Of a DNA stretch of 64,000 nt, positions 1 to 11,921 are shown piece after piece. Under the pieces are notes generated by a model. The model searched no databases. It worked only from the letters and a program-made list of their open reading frames with translations, and was not told the DNA's origin. Each line of letters opens with the position of its first letter. The first letter of the stretch is position 1. The position numbers and the translations under genes are program-made. This DNA comes from Eledone cirrhosa (Eukaryota), in contig OZ024746.1 in the NCBI GenBank assembly GCA_964016885.1, positions 91,450,001-91,514,000 on the forward strand, written 5' to 3'.

Positions 1-283
1 TCTGATCTGCCATTGTAAACATCTTCAGAGGCAGAGCTCTCTAGTCTAGCAATTGGCTTTCTATATTGCAATGGAAACTTTATTTCACTATTTTTCTTTG
101 TTAGTAAGTATATGAGAGTGTGTGTATGGCTCTGTGTGTATGACTGTGTATGTGAGTGTGTGTATGTATGACTGTGTGTGAGAGTGTTTGTATGACTGAG
201 TGTGGATGAGAGTGTGTGTTTTGGGAAGGTTAGTGATAATGTCTTTGTGATTTAAAGTTCTTTGATTATCTCAGCAGATTACA

Positions 284-926
284 AATTGGCAGTCATTAGA
301 ATGTTGAATAGACTGCCTTGTGGTATTTGTTTCAGCTCTCTGAGTTCAAATCCCACCGAGGTCAACTTTGCCTTTCATCCATTCTAGGTCGATAAAAATA
401 GTACCAGTTTAGTACTGAGGGTCGATTATTCCAGTAGATTGGCAGTATCGGTAGAGGGTCGGATGCCATGCTTTGACACATAGAGCTACGGCCCTTTCCA
501 TCATTCTGAGTTCAAATCCCGCCGAAGTTAACTTTGCCTGTCATCCTTACGGGGTCGATAAAATAAAATACCAGTAATGTACTGGGGTCAATTATTCCAG
601 TGGATTGGCAGTATCGGTAGAGGGTCGGACGGACGCCATGCTTTGACGCATAGAGCTACGGCCCTTTCCATCATTCTGAGTTGAAATCCCACAGAGGTTA
701 ACTTTGCCTTTCATCCTTACGGGGTCGATAAAATAAAGTACCAGTAATGTACTGGGGTCAATTATTCCTTTATTTCTCTTTCCCACTTCCATTCTCTCTC
801 TCCTTTTCTGGAAGAAATCTGCTGCATTCAGACTAGGGCAGGAGAAGATCTCCACCAGGTTTTAACATGTCCTTGAAATACCATATATCAATACAGCCTA
901 CAACTCCCTCAGGAGTTATGGGGCCT
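284..926 (+). mobile_element. Three head-to-tail tRNA-derived Nin/Deu-like SINE copies; the last has an alternative 3' tail (~800-926)
   Basis: Each unit has an A box (TGGCAGT..), a B box GAGTT(C/G)AAATCC and the body motif TTTGCCTTTCATCCTTACGGGGTCGATAAAATAAAGTACCAG or a close variant; units 2 (~433-594) and 3 (~599-765) are near-identical. Confidence 0.85.
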
Positions 927-1392
927 TGCCATATTATCAAAACAGTTTCTAACTATTTTCATGTTGATGTGTGTGCTGCTATTTCATTGCCATATTTCTA
1001 ATGAAAGACATTCCTTATGATTTTTAATTAATTTGGAAAATAATTAAAACTTTGGACAGATTTAGTAACATAATTCTCTCGTTAATAAGCTGAGGTTTAG
1101 AACTTAAAGGTTCTTACAAAAAATTATGATGATACTTAGATAAATATAAACCCTTGAAAACACAGTTTGGTTGACCAGAGCTGGCCTTGGGCTAAATAGC
1201 AATATCTATTAGATTTATTCCTAAGGCTCAGAGGTTAAAAACCCACTGGTGGTGTCATGTGGTTATTGAAATGGTTAATTACTTTCCACCTTTCCACCTG
1301 GCTTTCATATTTTCTGTTAATTTAGGCCATATTTTTGTTAACCTTGTTTCTTTTTTTTTTTCCTTTAAAATTAATTTCAAGAGTAACCCTGA

Positions 1393-1736
1393 ACCCTTTA
1401 ACATTCAAACCAATCATATCCAGCCAGAATTCTCTCACCTCTTTCTGTTCAAACCAACCATAATCAGCTGCTCATACTTATGTTAAGGTATTGTTCTCAA
1501 AATAAATATCAAAATTTCATAGATTCAATATTATGTGAGGTAATTATGTGAAATACAGAGTTTACTGTGAAAATAGAATAATTGTTTCTACTTTTGGCAC
1601 AAGGCCAGCAATTATCTCAGTGTATTACTGGTACTTTATTTTATCGACCCCCCATAAGGATGAAAGGCAAAGTTAACCTTGGCGGGATTGAACTCTGAAC
1701 ATAAAGGGCCGTTCAATGTGAATAGTAAAGGGTTAA
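1393..1736 (-). mobile_element. piggyBac-type MITE (family A) interrupted by a 5'-truncated Nin-like SINE (~1578-1712)
   Basis: ACCCTTTAACATT...AAAGGGTTAA termini; body matches 29143-29360; SINE reverse complement inside. Confidence 0.75.
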
Positions 1737-1812
1737 TCCCCTGTCATTGAATTTACTGTTCATGCTCCCTTATTTCTAGAGTAACCCTTCATACCTTCCC
1801 AGTTGGCTCACT

Positions 1813-2167
1813 ATGTGTGTGTGTGTCTGTGTGTCTGTAGTGTGCTTGTGTGTGTGTGTCTGTAGTGTGCTTGTGTGTGTGTGTCTGTCAGTGTGCCTGT
1901 GTGTGTGTATGTATGTGAGTGTGTGTATGTGTGTCTGTGTGTCTCCCTGCCTGTGTGTATCTGTGTGTATGCTTGTGTGTGTGTCTGTATCTCTGTGTGT
2001 CTGTGAGTGTGTGTATCTGTGTGAGTGTGTGTATCTGTGTCTTTGTGTGTGTGTATCTGTGTGAGTGTGTGTGTCTGTGTGTGTGTATATGTGTGCCTGT
2101 GTGTGTGTGTGCCTCTGTATGTGTCTGTGTGTGTATCTGTGTGTGTGTATGTGTCTGTGTGTGTGTA
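1813..2167. repeat. Degenerate (GT)n microsatellite
   Basis: Seen directly. Confidence 0.95.
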
Positions 2168-2689
2168 TTTCCTATTTTCACTCTTTATCTTTCTATTTCA
2201 TCTTTTATTTCTCATTTTATCTTAATCCTCAAACAAAATGCTTTGCAGCTTTTAGTTACGTCCCTTTACATCCTGTGTTCAAATCCTGCTGAGGTCAACT
2301 TTGCTTTCCATTATTCCATGTTCAATAAAATGAGGTACCAGTAAAGTACTAGGGTAAGAATCAATCCACTTTCCTTACTTTCGATATTACTGGCTTCATG
2401 TCTATACTACAAAGAATTATTACAACTGAAGTTAGATTTTAAAAACCAATTTAATGTCCAGGGAAAAAAAAGGTTTAAAATATTAACCCTTAATTAGTCC
2501 TTTAGTATGATTAAGGTTTGATTTTCACAACTTAATTCTGAGGTGAAGTGTAAATCCTCTTGTGATCTTATATCCAACTTTAACATTTATTCTGAGAAAC
2601 AACTTTATACTGAAAAAGGTGCTAGGTGCCATAATTTCTCAGATGTAGAAGAAATTCAAAAAAACAAGTCAAAATGCAATGCTTTAATT

Positions 2690-2935
2690 TTAACCCTTTT
2701 GTGACAATATTTCTAATAAAATACCCCCTGTTTTAACCCTTTCATGACAATATTTCTAATGAAATACCCTCTATTTTAAAAGAATTTTATGGGATTTATT
2801 AAAATGATTTAATTACTAAGACAGTAACTTAACATATATTGTTAGATTTTACTGTAAATAGGAACTCTTTAAAATGGGTGTTTTATTTCATATTACCTGA
2901 GGTGGTTGTAGGTGGGTTGCTATCGAAGAGGTTAA
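2690..2935. mobile_element. Second TTAA-flanked MITE family (family B), with a ~44-bp duplicated terminus
   Basis: TTAACCCTTT...GAAGAGGTTAA; related ends at ~5520-5820, ~6100-6203, ~24220-24405, ~57560-57743. Confidence 0.5.
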
Positions 2936-3210
2936 GATAGTTTTTTGGGGGTTTTGTATTTACTGCCTCAACATTGAAGGCAATGTCAGACACCTGCATG
3001 GTTGTTACACCTGCTAGATATAGCTGTAAAACATTCATTAAATAACAGCTTTCATTTTAAAAAAAGTGAACGTCACTTTGTATAATAATAGCTACATTGT
3101 ACCTGGAAATCAAAAAAGAAAAAAAGATAGACACATGTTGGTTGACCAGACCTGGCCTTGGGCTAAATAGCAATATCTATTAGATTTATTCCTAAGGCTC
3201 AGAGGTTAAA

Positions 3211-3500
3211 GTATTGGGCTTGCAATCGTGATGTTGTCAGTTTGATTCCCAGACGGAGATGTGTGTTGTGTTCTTCAGCAAGACACTTTATTTCACATTG
3301 TTCCAGTTCATGCAGCTGTAGAAATGAGTTGCGATGTCACAGGTGCCAAGTTGTATCAGCCATTGTCTTTCTCTTGGACAACATCAGTGGCGTGGAGAGG
3401 GGAGACTGGTATGCACGAGCGACTGTTGGTTTTCCACAAACAACTTGCCTCAGAGGGGGCACTTTCTTGGTGCAAATTCCATGGTCATTTGTGACTGATG
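3211..3500 (+). mobile_element. CORE-like SINE, older copy with a distinct 3' body
   Basis: Partial tRNA-like head, then TTCTTCAGCAAGACACTTTATTTCACATTGTTCCAG matching the body of 59468-59803. Confidence 0.7.
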
Positions 3501-3532
3501 GTGGTGGTGCGGGGGTCTGTCTCTTTATCATG

Positions 3533-3830
3533 TCTTCTTCTTCTTCTTCCTGAGAGGAGTGGGCCCTGTCAGAAGCAACTGTCTCCAACTGATCCGGTTG
3601 GATCCCCAAACATGACCAGCCAAACTGATGGATGTTTTCCAGCCATCTTTCTCGGGGGTCTATCCCAGAATCTCCTGTCAGTTGATTTTGTCTGTAAAAT
3701 CTGTCCAGTGATTCTTTCCTGAGACATTCTAACCATAGTATCGGAGCTCCCTTACCATATCTTCACCTCAATCTTCAATTTGCTGAATATATCTCGGATA
3801 ATAAAAAGGTCCTCTACATAAAATTTTATT
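3533..3830 (-). mobile_element. Decayed RTE LINE 3' fragment with (AAG)n tail
   Basis: Homologous to 48891-49265; peptide GIQPDQLETVASDR; (CTT)n at the 3' end. Confidence 0.65.
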
Positions 3831-4025
3831 GAAAGTAAGACCCCCTCTCGTCACCCCCACCCCCCTCCCCTCCCACACCCCCTCTCGTCACACACACCCT
3901 GCCCTACTATATATTTGTTATTGAAGGTGACTCTAACCACTCTAATCTCTTCCTTAAGATATTTTTAATTATTAATTTTATTGATCCAATATCTGAAGTT
4001 TCTGATGCGGTTTGTTCACATCTGT

Positions 4026-4265
4026 TTCACACACACACACACACATATATATACAGAAATGTGCACACACACAGAGGAATTCGTGCACACACACACACAA
4101 ACATATATACATACACATAGACATACACAAACACACACACACACACAGAGGAATACGTGCACACACACACACATACAGACATACACAAACACAGAGGAAG
4201 ACATGCACAGTGAGGGGGCAGAGAGGCTGACACATAGACACACCCCTACACCACACCACACAGAC
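4026..4265. repeat. Compound (CA)n microsatellite
   Basis: Seen directly. Confidence 0.9.
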
Positions 4266-4344
4266 ATTGAGTAGGAACTGCCAAAAGTCTTCATTCTTCA
4301 CTCTTTTTGCACAAGTATTAACTCTTACTGTAGCCACACATCAC

Positions 4345-5008
4345 TGCCTATCCCAACTCACCACAACCCACAACAACCAATCCCAACCCACCACAACCCA
4401 TCCCAACCCACAACAACCTAGCACAACCCATCCCAATCCACCACAACCTGCTACAACCCACCACAACCCAACACAATCTAACCCAACCCACCACAACACA
4501 CCACAACCCACCACAACCTAACCCAACCCACCACAACCCACAACAACCCATCCCAACCCACCACAACCCACTACAACCTAACCCAACCCACCACAACCCA
4601 CCACAACCCACCACAACCTAACCCAACCCACCACAACCTAACCCAACCCACCACAACCTAACCCAACCCACCACAACACACCACAACCCACCACAACACA
4701 CCACAACCCACCACAACCTAACCCAACCCACCACAACCCACAACAACCCATCCCAACCCACCACAACCCACTACAACCTAACCCAACCCACCACAACCCA
4801 CCACAACCCACCACAACCTAACCCAACCCACCACAACCTAACCCAACCCACCACAACACACCACAACCCATGACAACCCATCCCAACCCACCACAACCCA
4901 CCACAACCCACCACAACCTAACCCAACCCACTACAACCCACCACAACCCACCACAACCCACTACATCCCACCAGTACCCATCCCAACCCACCACAACCCA
5001 ACCCAACC
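4345..5008. repeat. Pentamer-based tandem repeat (CCACA/ACCCA/ACCTA)
   Basis: Seen directly; 5/10-bp periodicity. Confidence 0.95.
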
Positions 5009-5107
5009 TCAATGCCATCTAGGATAATATTACATTTCAATAAGTAAACATTTGTCGTTTATTAAACTAGAAATTAGTTATAATTTTTAATTATGTAGAA
5101 AATTAAA

Positions 5108-5156
<49 letters not shown>

Positions 5157-5332
5157 CAAGCTTTCTATGGCTGGATGTCCTTCTTATTCTAGACACTAAA
5201 TATGATCTGCGTTGCTGATATTCTCAGTAAACTGTATTCAGGTGCCATTGTATGTAGTGATTGCCACATATGTGTATGTCTCCACCAATTACAATAGCAA
5301 TCGCAAATTCTACTGCTTTGTCAGTCAGCATT

Positions 5333-5520
5333 CGGTGGATTGGCAGTATCGGTAGAGGGTTGGACACCATGCTTTGCAGCACAATTACGTCCCTTTACGG
5401 ACTGAGTTCAAATCCCGCCGAGGTTAACTTTGCCTTTCATCCTTACGGGGTCGATAAAATAAAGTACCAGTATTACACTGGGATAATTGCTGGCCTTGTG
5501 CCAAAAGTAGAAACAATTAT
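5333..5520 (+). mobile_element. Full-length Nin-like SINE
   Basis: A/B boxes, Nin-like motif, tail AATTGCTGGCCTTGTGCCAAAAGTAGAAAC(AAT)n. Confidence 0.9.
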
Positions 5521-5850
5521 TAATTCTTTTCATACCATTCCACTTGAGGCTTACAAAAGCGAATGTTTCAAAGGGCTGAAACTGCCGAAATTATCCCTGG
5601 TTCTACGATAAAAAGCTGTTTGTTTTAAAATATTTATATTTATCTAAAAACAAACCTCGATCATAATTTTATGCAAAAATCTTTGTTAGGTTCCAAACAC
5701 CTGTTTAATAATGATAAAGTCAATTATGCTACTAAAACCCTAACCCTAACCCTCCAAATTCTTGAGTATTTTCAAAATTATTTGAAATTTCAATAGAAAT
5801 TATCATAACTAAAGGGTTAAATAAACCCTTGCATTATTATTCTACACAAG

Positions 5851-6031
5851 GGAGGTGGTTTGGCAGTATCAGTAGAGCATTAGACACCATGCTTTGCAGC
5901 ATAGAGTTATGGCCCTTTACGTTCTGAATTCAAATCCTGCCAGGTTAACTTCGCCTTTCGTCCTTACAGGGTCGATAAAATATAGCACCAGTAATACACT
6001 GGGATAATTGACCTTGTGCCAAAAGTAGAAA
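5851..6031 (+). mobile_element. Full-length Nin-like SINE with target-site duplication
   Basis: Direct repeat CATTATTATTCTACACAAG on both sides. Confidence 0.9.
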
Positions 6032-7901
6032 CATTATTATTCTACACAAGAACATTTCTTTTAACTTATGTTTAAAGTAGTTTAATATAAAAATAAAGAA
6101 AACCTCTTTTTTTAAAATCTCTCTAAATCTTTGATGGTTTTCAAAATGAATTGAAACAAGCAGGTAGCGTATTTTGTTAGACATATGATAGCAAAGGGTT
6201 AAAATGATAAGAGTAGACAAAGGAAAGTGTGATAAAAAGTTTCAAATAAAATTAGTTTTGCTATCTCATGGTACAGTAGTAGTGTTTAGTAACTTCCGTG
6301 ATCTGATTGATAAATTACACTGGCTATTCATGTCTTTTGAGACTAAACTGACAACAACTACAATAGGATTCAAGAGAAAATCTTTTCTATAGGAGTTAAA
6401 TGAAACTGACATAAAAGAGAACTCTCTTTGTAGATGTAACATACCATGTTATGAATAAAATTATAGAACCATGTTGAGGTGAAGTGAATGGACTAAAAAC
6501 CAACAATGCTGTTTACAGAATAAATACTGTTACAGTAAATAATATATAACACAGTTCACAGAATTTCTTTTATCTTCCTCATTACAGAAAACAATATGGT
6601 TCTCCCTGCACATAGAAAGTAAAGTGTGTGATGATAATATGGTAATAATTTAGATAAAGTCAGTTTTCAGTTTCTAAAATAAAAGATGTCAAGAGCTATT
6701 TTTTTATTTTTTCCTTTTATTCTTTTTTTTAAAGAGGTTTAGAATAATAGAAAATTATTAATTACTAAAAGAAGACTTGAAAATGTGGTAAGATTGTGGT
6801 ATATGGTTTATAAAAGCAAAACTGGACCTAGAAAGATTTAGAATGGAGATTTATGTACACAACTAAAAAGTTGTACCCTACAAAGAAAATACAGTAGAAG
6901 AGAAATTAAGTTGACTGACTCACTGGTAATATAATGTTACTGTTTATATTAAAATACACATACAAGGAGTGTAAATAAATCTACTTGTAGAGTTTATGTT
7001 TGTTTATAATAAACATATGATTTATTCTCAATACCCTTTCCAGTTTGTTAATGATAGATGTTGCTGATAACTAAGCACACCCTCTATTGAGTTCATGTTG
7101 AGAATTAGGTGAACATATTTAATAGGTCTCCTCCAATTGGCTGTAGATTTATTCTCAACCAATCACTGTTCTGCATCATAAACTGTTTCGATAGCCACAG
7201 TTACATTTTGTTTAGCTTTCCTATTCACTTATATCTACAATATAAGTAACAACAACAATATAAGTAACAACAACAATGCCAAGTAGTATTATGGCTGTTC
7301 TGACATTCAACAAACCAGCTTATATATTTATTGTTTGTGTTTTACTCTATTTTTTTTACTGTTCCTTTCTCCTTCTAGTACATGTCATTAATCTTGTTTG
7401 TATGAGTGTGCAATGGCAATGGTGGAGAGAAGAAAAATATATTCTGTGTGTCTGATAATATACACTGACCATTCCTATTCTCCCAAATTTATATCTTTGG
7501 GGAAATATCTAAGATACAAAAGAAAAAAGGAATAAGAGAGAGAGAGAGAGAAGCTATTATATAACTCCCATATCGATGAACGGTATATTTACACAGTAGA
7601 ACCATTTTGATACATGTAAGCTGAACAAATATACAGTATATATAATACTATTTTAGAATTTAGACATTGGTTCTAGACTTAGATTTCCTTTTGTAATAAT
7701 TATGCAATTTTTGCCCAAGATTTTGCTATAAATGTCAGCAGGAGAAACTAGAGTGTATGTCGGGGTGCTGTGAACAGAACTCAACCTTCTCACCCTAACT
7801 CGTAATCTTAAAAACTTAATCGAAATCTGTAACCATAAAAACATTGATTACTGGCATGAATAGCTATATGGAACCATCTCTTTTATCATGTTCCACAATA
7901 C

Positions 7902-8017
7902 CAGAAAATAACTTTTCTTTGCAATGTATCTTGTTTTTCCCTTTCTCTCCTTCCATTTCAAAAGAACTTCTCCAGTTGTCTGTATTCCTTTCCCAAGTGA
8001 ATGTTCATTATTGAAAT
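7902..8017 (-). CDS. Candidate coding exon of an unknown gene
   Basis: TTCTAAC..AACAG acceptor, open frame FNNEHSLGKGIQTTGEVLLKWKERKGKTRYIAKKSYFL, GTATTG donor; could join 7826-7653 via a 75-bp intron; no homology recognised. Confidence 0.2.
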
Positions 8018-8552
8018 CTGTTATCATTGTTAGAATTGAAATGAAGAATAGAATATGACAAGTTATTACCCAGAAAGATAGTAATCATTTCTAAGAGAGG
8101 CATGGAGCTATCAATTTCTGAGAGGAAGTGTTAACTGAACCAAACAGACCCCTTAACACTGGACTACAATTTCTTTTCTTGGTCCCAGATGGATGAAAGT
8201 TTTGAGTTCAGAGATTTGAACTTAGAAATAAAGGGGAATAACTAAATATTTTGAATTAATTTTCTGCTATTTTACAGCAGTACCCCAGCATGGTCACAGT
8301 CAAGTGACTGAAACCACTAAATGAATGAAAAAAATTCTGAAAAAGGTTAATAACATAAGAGCAATGTCGAAATATATAACCTTTGTTTTAATTGTCATGG
8401 GGTTGTTGGTGTTGTTATTTAACCTTAGGCCAGTCCTGATCAAGTATACTTGTGATCAAAGGTATTTCAGCCATGACCATCGTGTCTTTTATTCAAACAT
8501 GGTATTTATGGGACTACATTATTCCTTCCATTCTATGATATATATGTATAAT

Positions 8553-8597
<45 letters not shown>

Positions 8598-8727
8598 GTG
8601 AGGTTTTTTTACAAAAGGAAAAATAACCGAGGTGTCCTACACGTGTGAAAGTATAAAGAAAACAAGATGAAATCGAAAATGCAACTGGAGTCTTATTTTT
8701 TAAAAAATATATATATTTATTTGGTTC

Positions 8728-8763
8728 CTTTACCGGTTTCGCAGTTCTTCTGCTTTTCAAAAG
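8728..8763 (-). ncRNA. Minimal type-I hammerhead ribozyme motif, U3:A8 core variant
   Basis: Minus strand CTT-TTGAAAA-GCAG-AAGAA-CTGC-GAAA-CCGG-TA-AAG: perfect stem II, palindromic stem III, GUA site. Confidence 0.65.
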
Positions 8764-9346
8764 TAGAGTTGAGATTGAGGGTCTGTGGTTTTTCTCACAT
8801 ATATATATATATATGATTTGGAAACTCTGTTTTGAAGAATCGAGACGTGTCTGAGGATCTTGCGATTTCAGAGTCAGGTTCGATCATTACATCGATCATT
8901 GCATTGATGGTCGCCAGAGAAACGGTTGTAATATGTCTAATACATTTTAATTCATTGCACCACTGATTCTCCGTTTCTTATGTGATACTAGCAGAAAAAC
9001 CACCATTCGGGTGATTTTCTGCTAGCATGTGTAGTGTGTATATTGATATTATACACAAGTATATATGCATGTAGATATGATACATCAAATAAAATCGTAA
9101 TTGACAATATACACAGAAATTGAACGAAGAGACTGTTACACTATCTTATTTAATCAGTAACGTAATCCATGATACATTAAAAAAAGACTATATTATATAT
9201 AAACTGCATTAGGAGAAAATTAGTGACAGAAATATTTGAAAATTTTAAAGAGAATCTTTAAATAAGTAATAAAATATATTTAATGAACAGCCACGGAATT
9301 TAGTAGATAAATTATGTAATATTCATTCATTATTTATTCAAAGTAA

Positions 9347-9530
9347 GGTGGTGGATTGGCAGTATCGGTAGAGGGTCGGACGCCATGCTTTCCAGCATAG
9401 TTACATCCCTTTACGATCTAAGTTCAAATCCCGCCGAGGTTGACTTTGCCTTTCATCCTTACGGGGTCGATAAAATAAAGTACCAGTAATGCACTGGGTA
9501 ATTGCTGGCCTTGTGCCTAAAGTAGAAACA
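9347..9530 (+). mobile_element. Full-length Nin-like SINE with 18-bp TSD
   Basis: ATTATTTATTCAAAGTAA at 9329-9346 and 9531-9548. Confidence 0.92.
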
Positions 9531-9631
9531 ATTATTTATTCAAAGTAATCCAACTTATTTTACTAAGGGGATAAATTATAAACCGTACGCAGTCCCGCGC
9601 TTTTTACGTTATTATAATTTAGATTTATATA

Positions 9632-9819
9632 TAATTGTTTCTACTTTTGGCACAAGGCCAGCAATTATCCAGTACATTACTGGTACTTTATTTTATTGAC
9701 CCCGTAAGGATGAAAGGCAAAGTTAACCTCGGCGGGATTTGAACTCGGTTCGTAAAGGGACGTAACTGTGCTGCAAAGCATGGTGTCCGACCCTCTACCG
9801 ATACTGCCAATCCACCACC
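9632..9819 (-). mobile_element. Full-length Nin-like SINE, inverted relative to 9347-9530
   Basis: Reverse complement of the same consensus. Confidence 0.9.
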
Positions 9820-9969
9820 ATAATATATATATATAACGTAATATAATATATATATATATAATATAATATAATATAAAGAGATAAACACAGAAAAATGTGT
9901 GTTTCAAATTATGAGGGCTATATATATATTCCGATTCCGCCTTGCCCACTCTTTCTAATTTCACATTCT

Positions 9970-10006
9970 TTCTTCTGATGAAGGACTACTGTACGAAACG
10001 TTAAAA
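9970..10006 (+). ncRNA. Degenerate minimal hammerhead motif
   Basis: CTGATGA-AGGAC-TACT-GTAC-GAAA-CGTTA; sister copy at 63911-63944 (-). Confidence 0.5.
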
Positions 10007-10094
10007 CCCTCTTCCTGCTATTTCAAGCGTTAAACTAATATATTCCTTCCATATACTGTACCAATTGTTTTATTATTTCTGTTTACCTTTTACA

Positions 10095-10254
10095 TACATG
10101 TGTGTATATATATACACACATATACACACACATATATATACACACACACACATATATATATGTGTATATATATATATGTGTGTGTGTATATATATATATG
10201 TGTATATATATATATGTGTGTGTATGTATATATATATATATATATATGTGTGTG

Positions 10255-10306
<52 letters not shown>

Positions 10307-10655
10307 TGTGTGTCATCATCATTTTCATCATTTCATTTTACGTCCACTTTTCCCTGCTTGAAGGGTGGGATGGGAACTGATTCTGGCTTGATTTCTACAG
10401 CTGGATGCCATTCCTAACACCAACCTCATTTACAGTGAGTGCTTGGTGCTTTTTTGCCATGGTACCTCCACGACCACTTTGCAGTGGAATGATAGGGACC
10501 CTAGTCCCTATCATCTCATTTCTACAGCTGAGTAAACTGGAGCAATGTGAAATAAAGTGTCTTGCTCAAGGAAACAACCCATCACCCGGTCTGAGAATTG
10601 AACTCACAACCTTTCGATTGCAAAGCCAATGCTCTAACCACTAAGCCATGTGCCT

Positions 10656-10719
<64 letters not shown>

Positions 10720-10910
10720 ATATATATATGTGTGTGTATATATATATGTGTGTGTATATATATATGTGTGTGTATATATATATGTGTGTATGTATGTGTA
10801 TATATATATGTGTGTATGTATGTGTATATATATATGTGTGTGTGTATATATATATGTGTGTATATATATATATATATGTGTGTGTGTATATATATATGTG
10901 TGTATATATA

Positions 10911-10978
<68 letters not shown>

Positions 10979-10985
10979 TATGTAT
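10095..10985. repeat. (TA)n/(TG)n microsatellite tract hosting a SINE
   Basis: Seen directly. Confidence 0.95.
10313..10657 (-). mobile_element. Full-length tRNA + CORE-like + RTE-tail SINE
   Basis: Reverse-complement homologue of 59468-59803. Confidence 0.85.
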
Positions 10986-11309
10986 GTGAAAGCTAAACAG
11001 AAATAGATGGTGTAGTTTTATTTAAACCATAAGGTTGGCAATAGAGTGTGATTTGTCAGATTATTTAATGAATAATAAACATTGATAAACATAAGAAACT
11101 ATCTTTGGAGTCCAGCTCATATTGCAATGCTTTCTGGGAAATTTTTCTGCTACACAGTTCAATATGAAGTTCGCAGTAAATGAATTCAGTTAACAGTTCA
11201 TCTTTTATAAGTTGATAGTTAATACTCTTTAATGACACAAGTTATCAGCTCTAAACATGTCTGTCTACATATCTGCTGACCATTGCAAGAAATTGTTTTA
11301 GTTTTGTAG

Positions 11310-11575
11310 AGGTGTGGCCTAATGGTAAGGGTGTTGAACTTATGATCATTATGTCGTGGGTTCGATTCCTGGGCTGGGTTATGTGTTGTGTACTGTGGAG
11401 GTGTGTGGTGTGGCCTAGTGGTAAGGGTGTTGGTCTTACAATCATAATTGTTTCTACATTAGGCACAAGGCCAGCACTTACCCAGTACATTACTGGTACT
11501 TTATTTTATCGACCCCGTAAGGATGAAAGGCAAAGTTAACCTCAGCGGGATTACAATCATAATGTTGTGTGTTGT
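11310..11575 (+). mobile_element. Two tandem tRNA-like SINE heads; the second is split by a truncated Nin-like SINE (11449-11550, -)
   Basis: TGGCCTA(A/G)TGG A boxes, GGTTCGATTCC B box; TSD TTACAATCATAAT at 11436 and 11551. Confidence 0.75.
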
Positions 11576-11620
11576 GAAATATACCACTTAACCACACAGC
11601 CACACCTGTGCCTATATTGA

Positions 11621-11832
11621 TTAACCCTTTAGCATTCATATTACTCTATATATACTATTATATTTTCATGGTAAACGCTTTACCTCGCATATCGAATCTA
11701 TGAGATTTTGAAAGTATTTATTTTTAGAACAATACCTTAACATCATTATGAGTGACCAGTTACAGGTGGTTTGAACAGAAAGAGGAAGAGAATTCTGACC
11801 GGTTCTGGCCGGTTTGAACATTAAAGTGTTAA
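11621..11832 (+). mobile_element. piggyBac-type MITE, family A
   Basis: TTAA-CCCTTT...AAAGTG-TTAA, ~210 bp, multi-copy in window. Confidence 0.85.
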
Positions 11833-11921
11833 AATGACACAAAGATATAAAAAATTGATATTATATCCTATATTAAAAGTTGTTTTCGTGTTTGATGATG
11901 TCTTTGTTTCCTGAAGTAAAT

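Noticed and set aside
5735-5754. (CCCTAA)n telomeric motif
   Set aside because: About three units inside a MITE; too short to call
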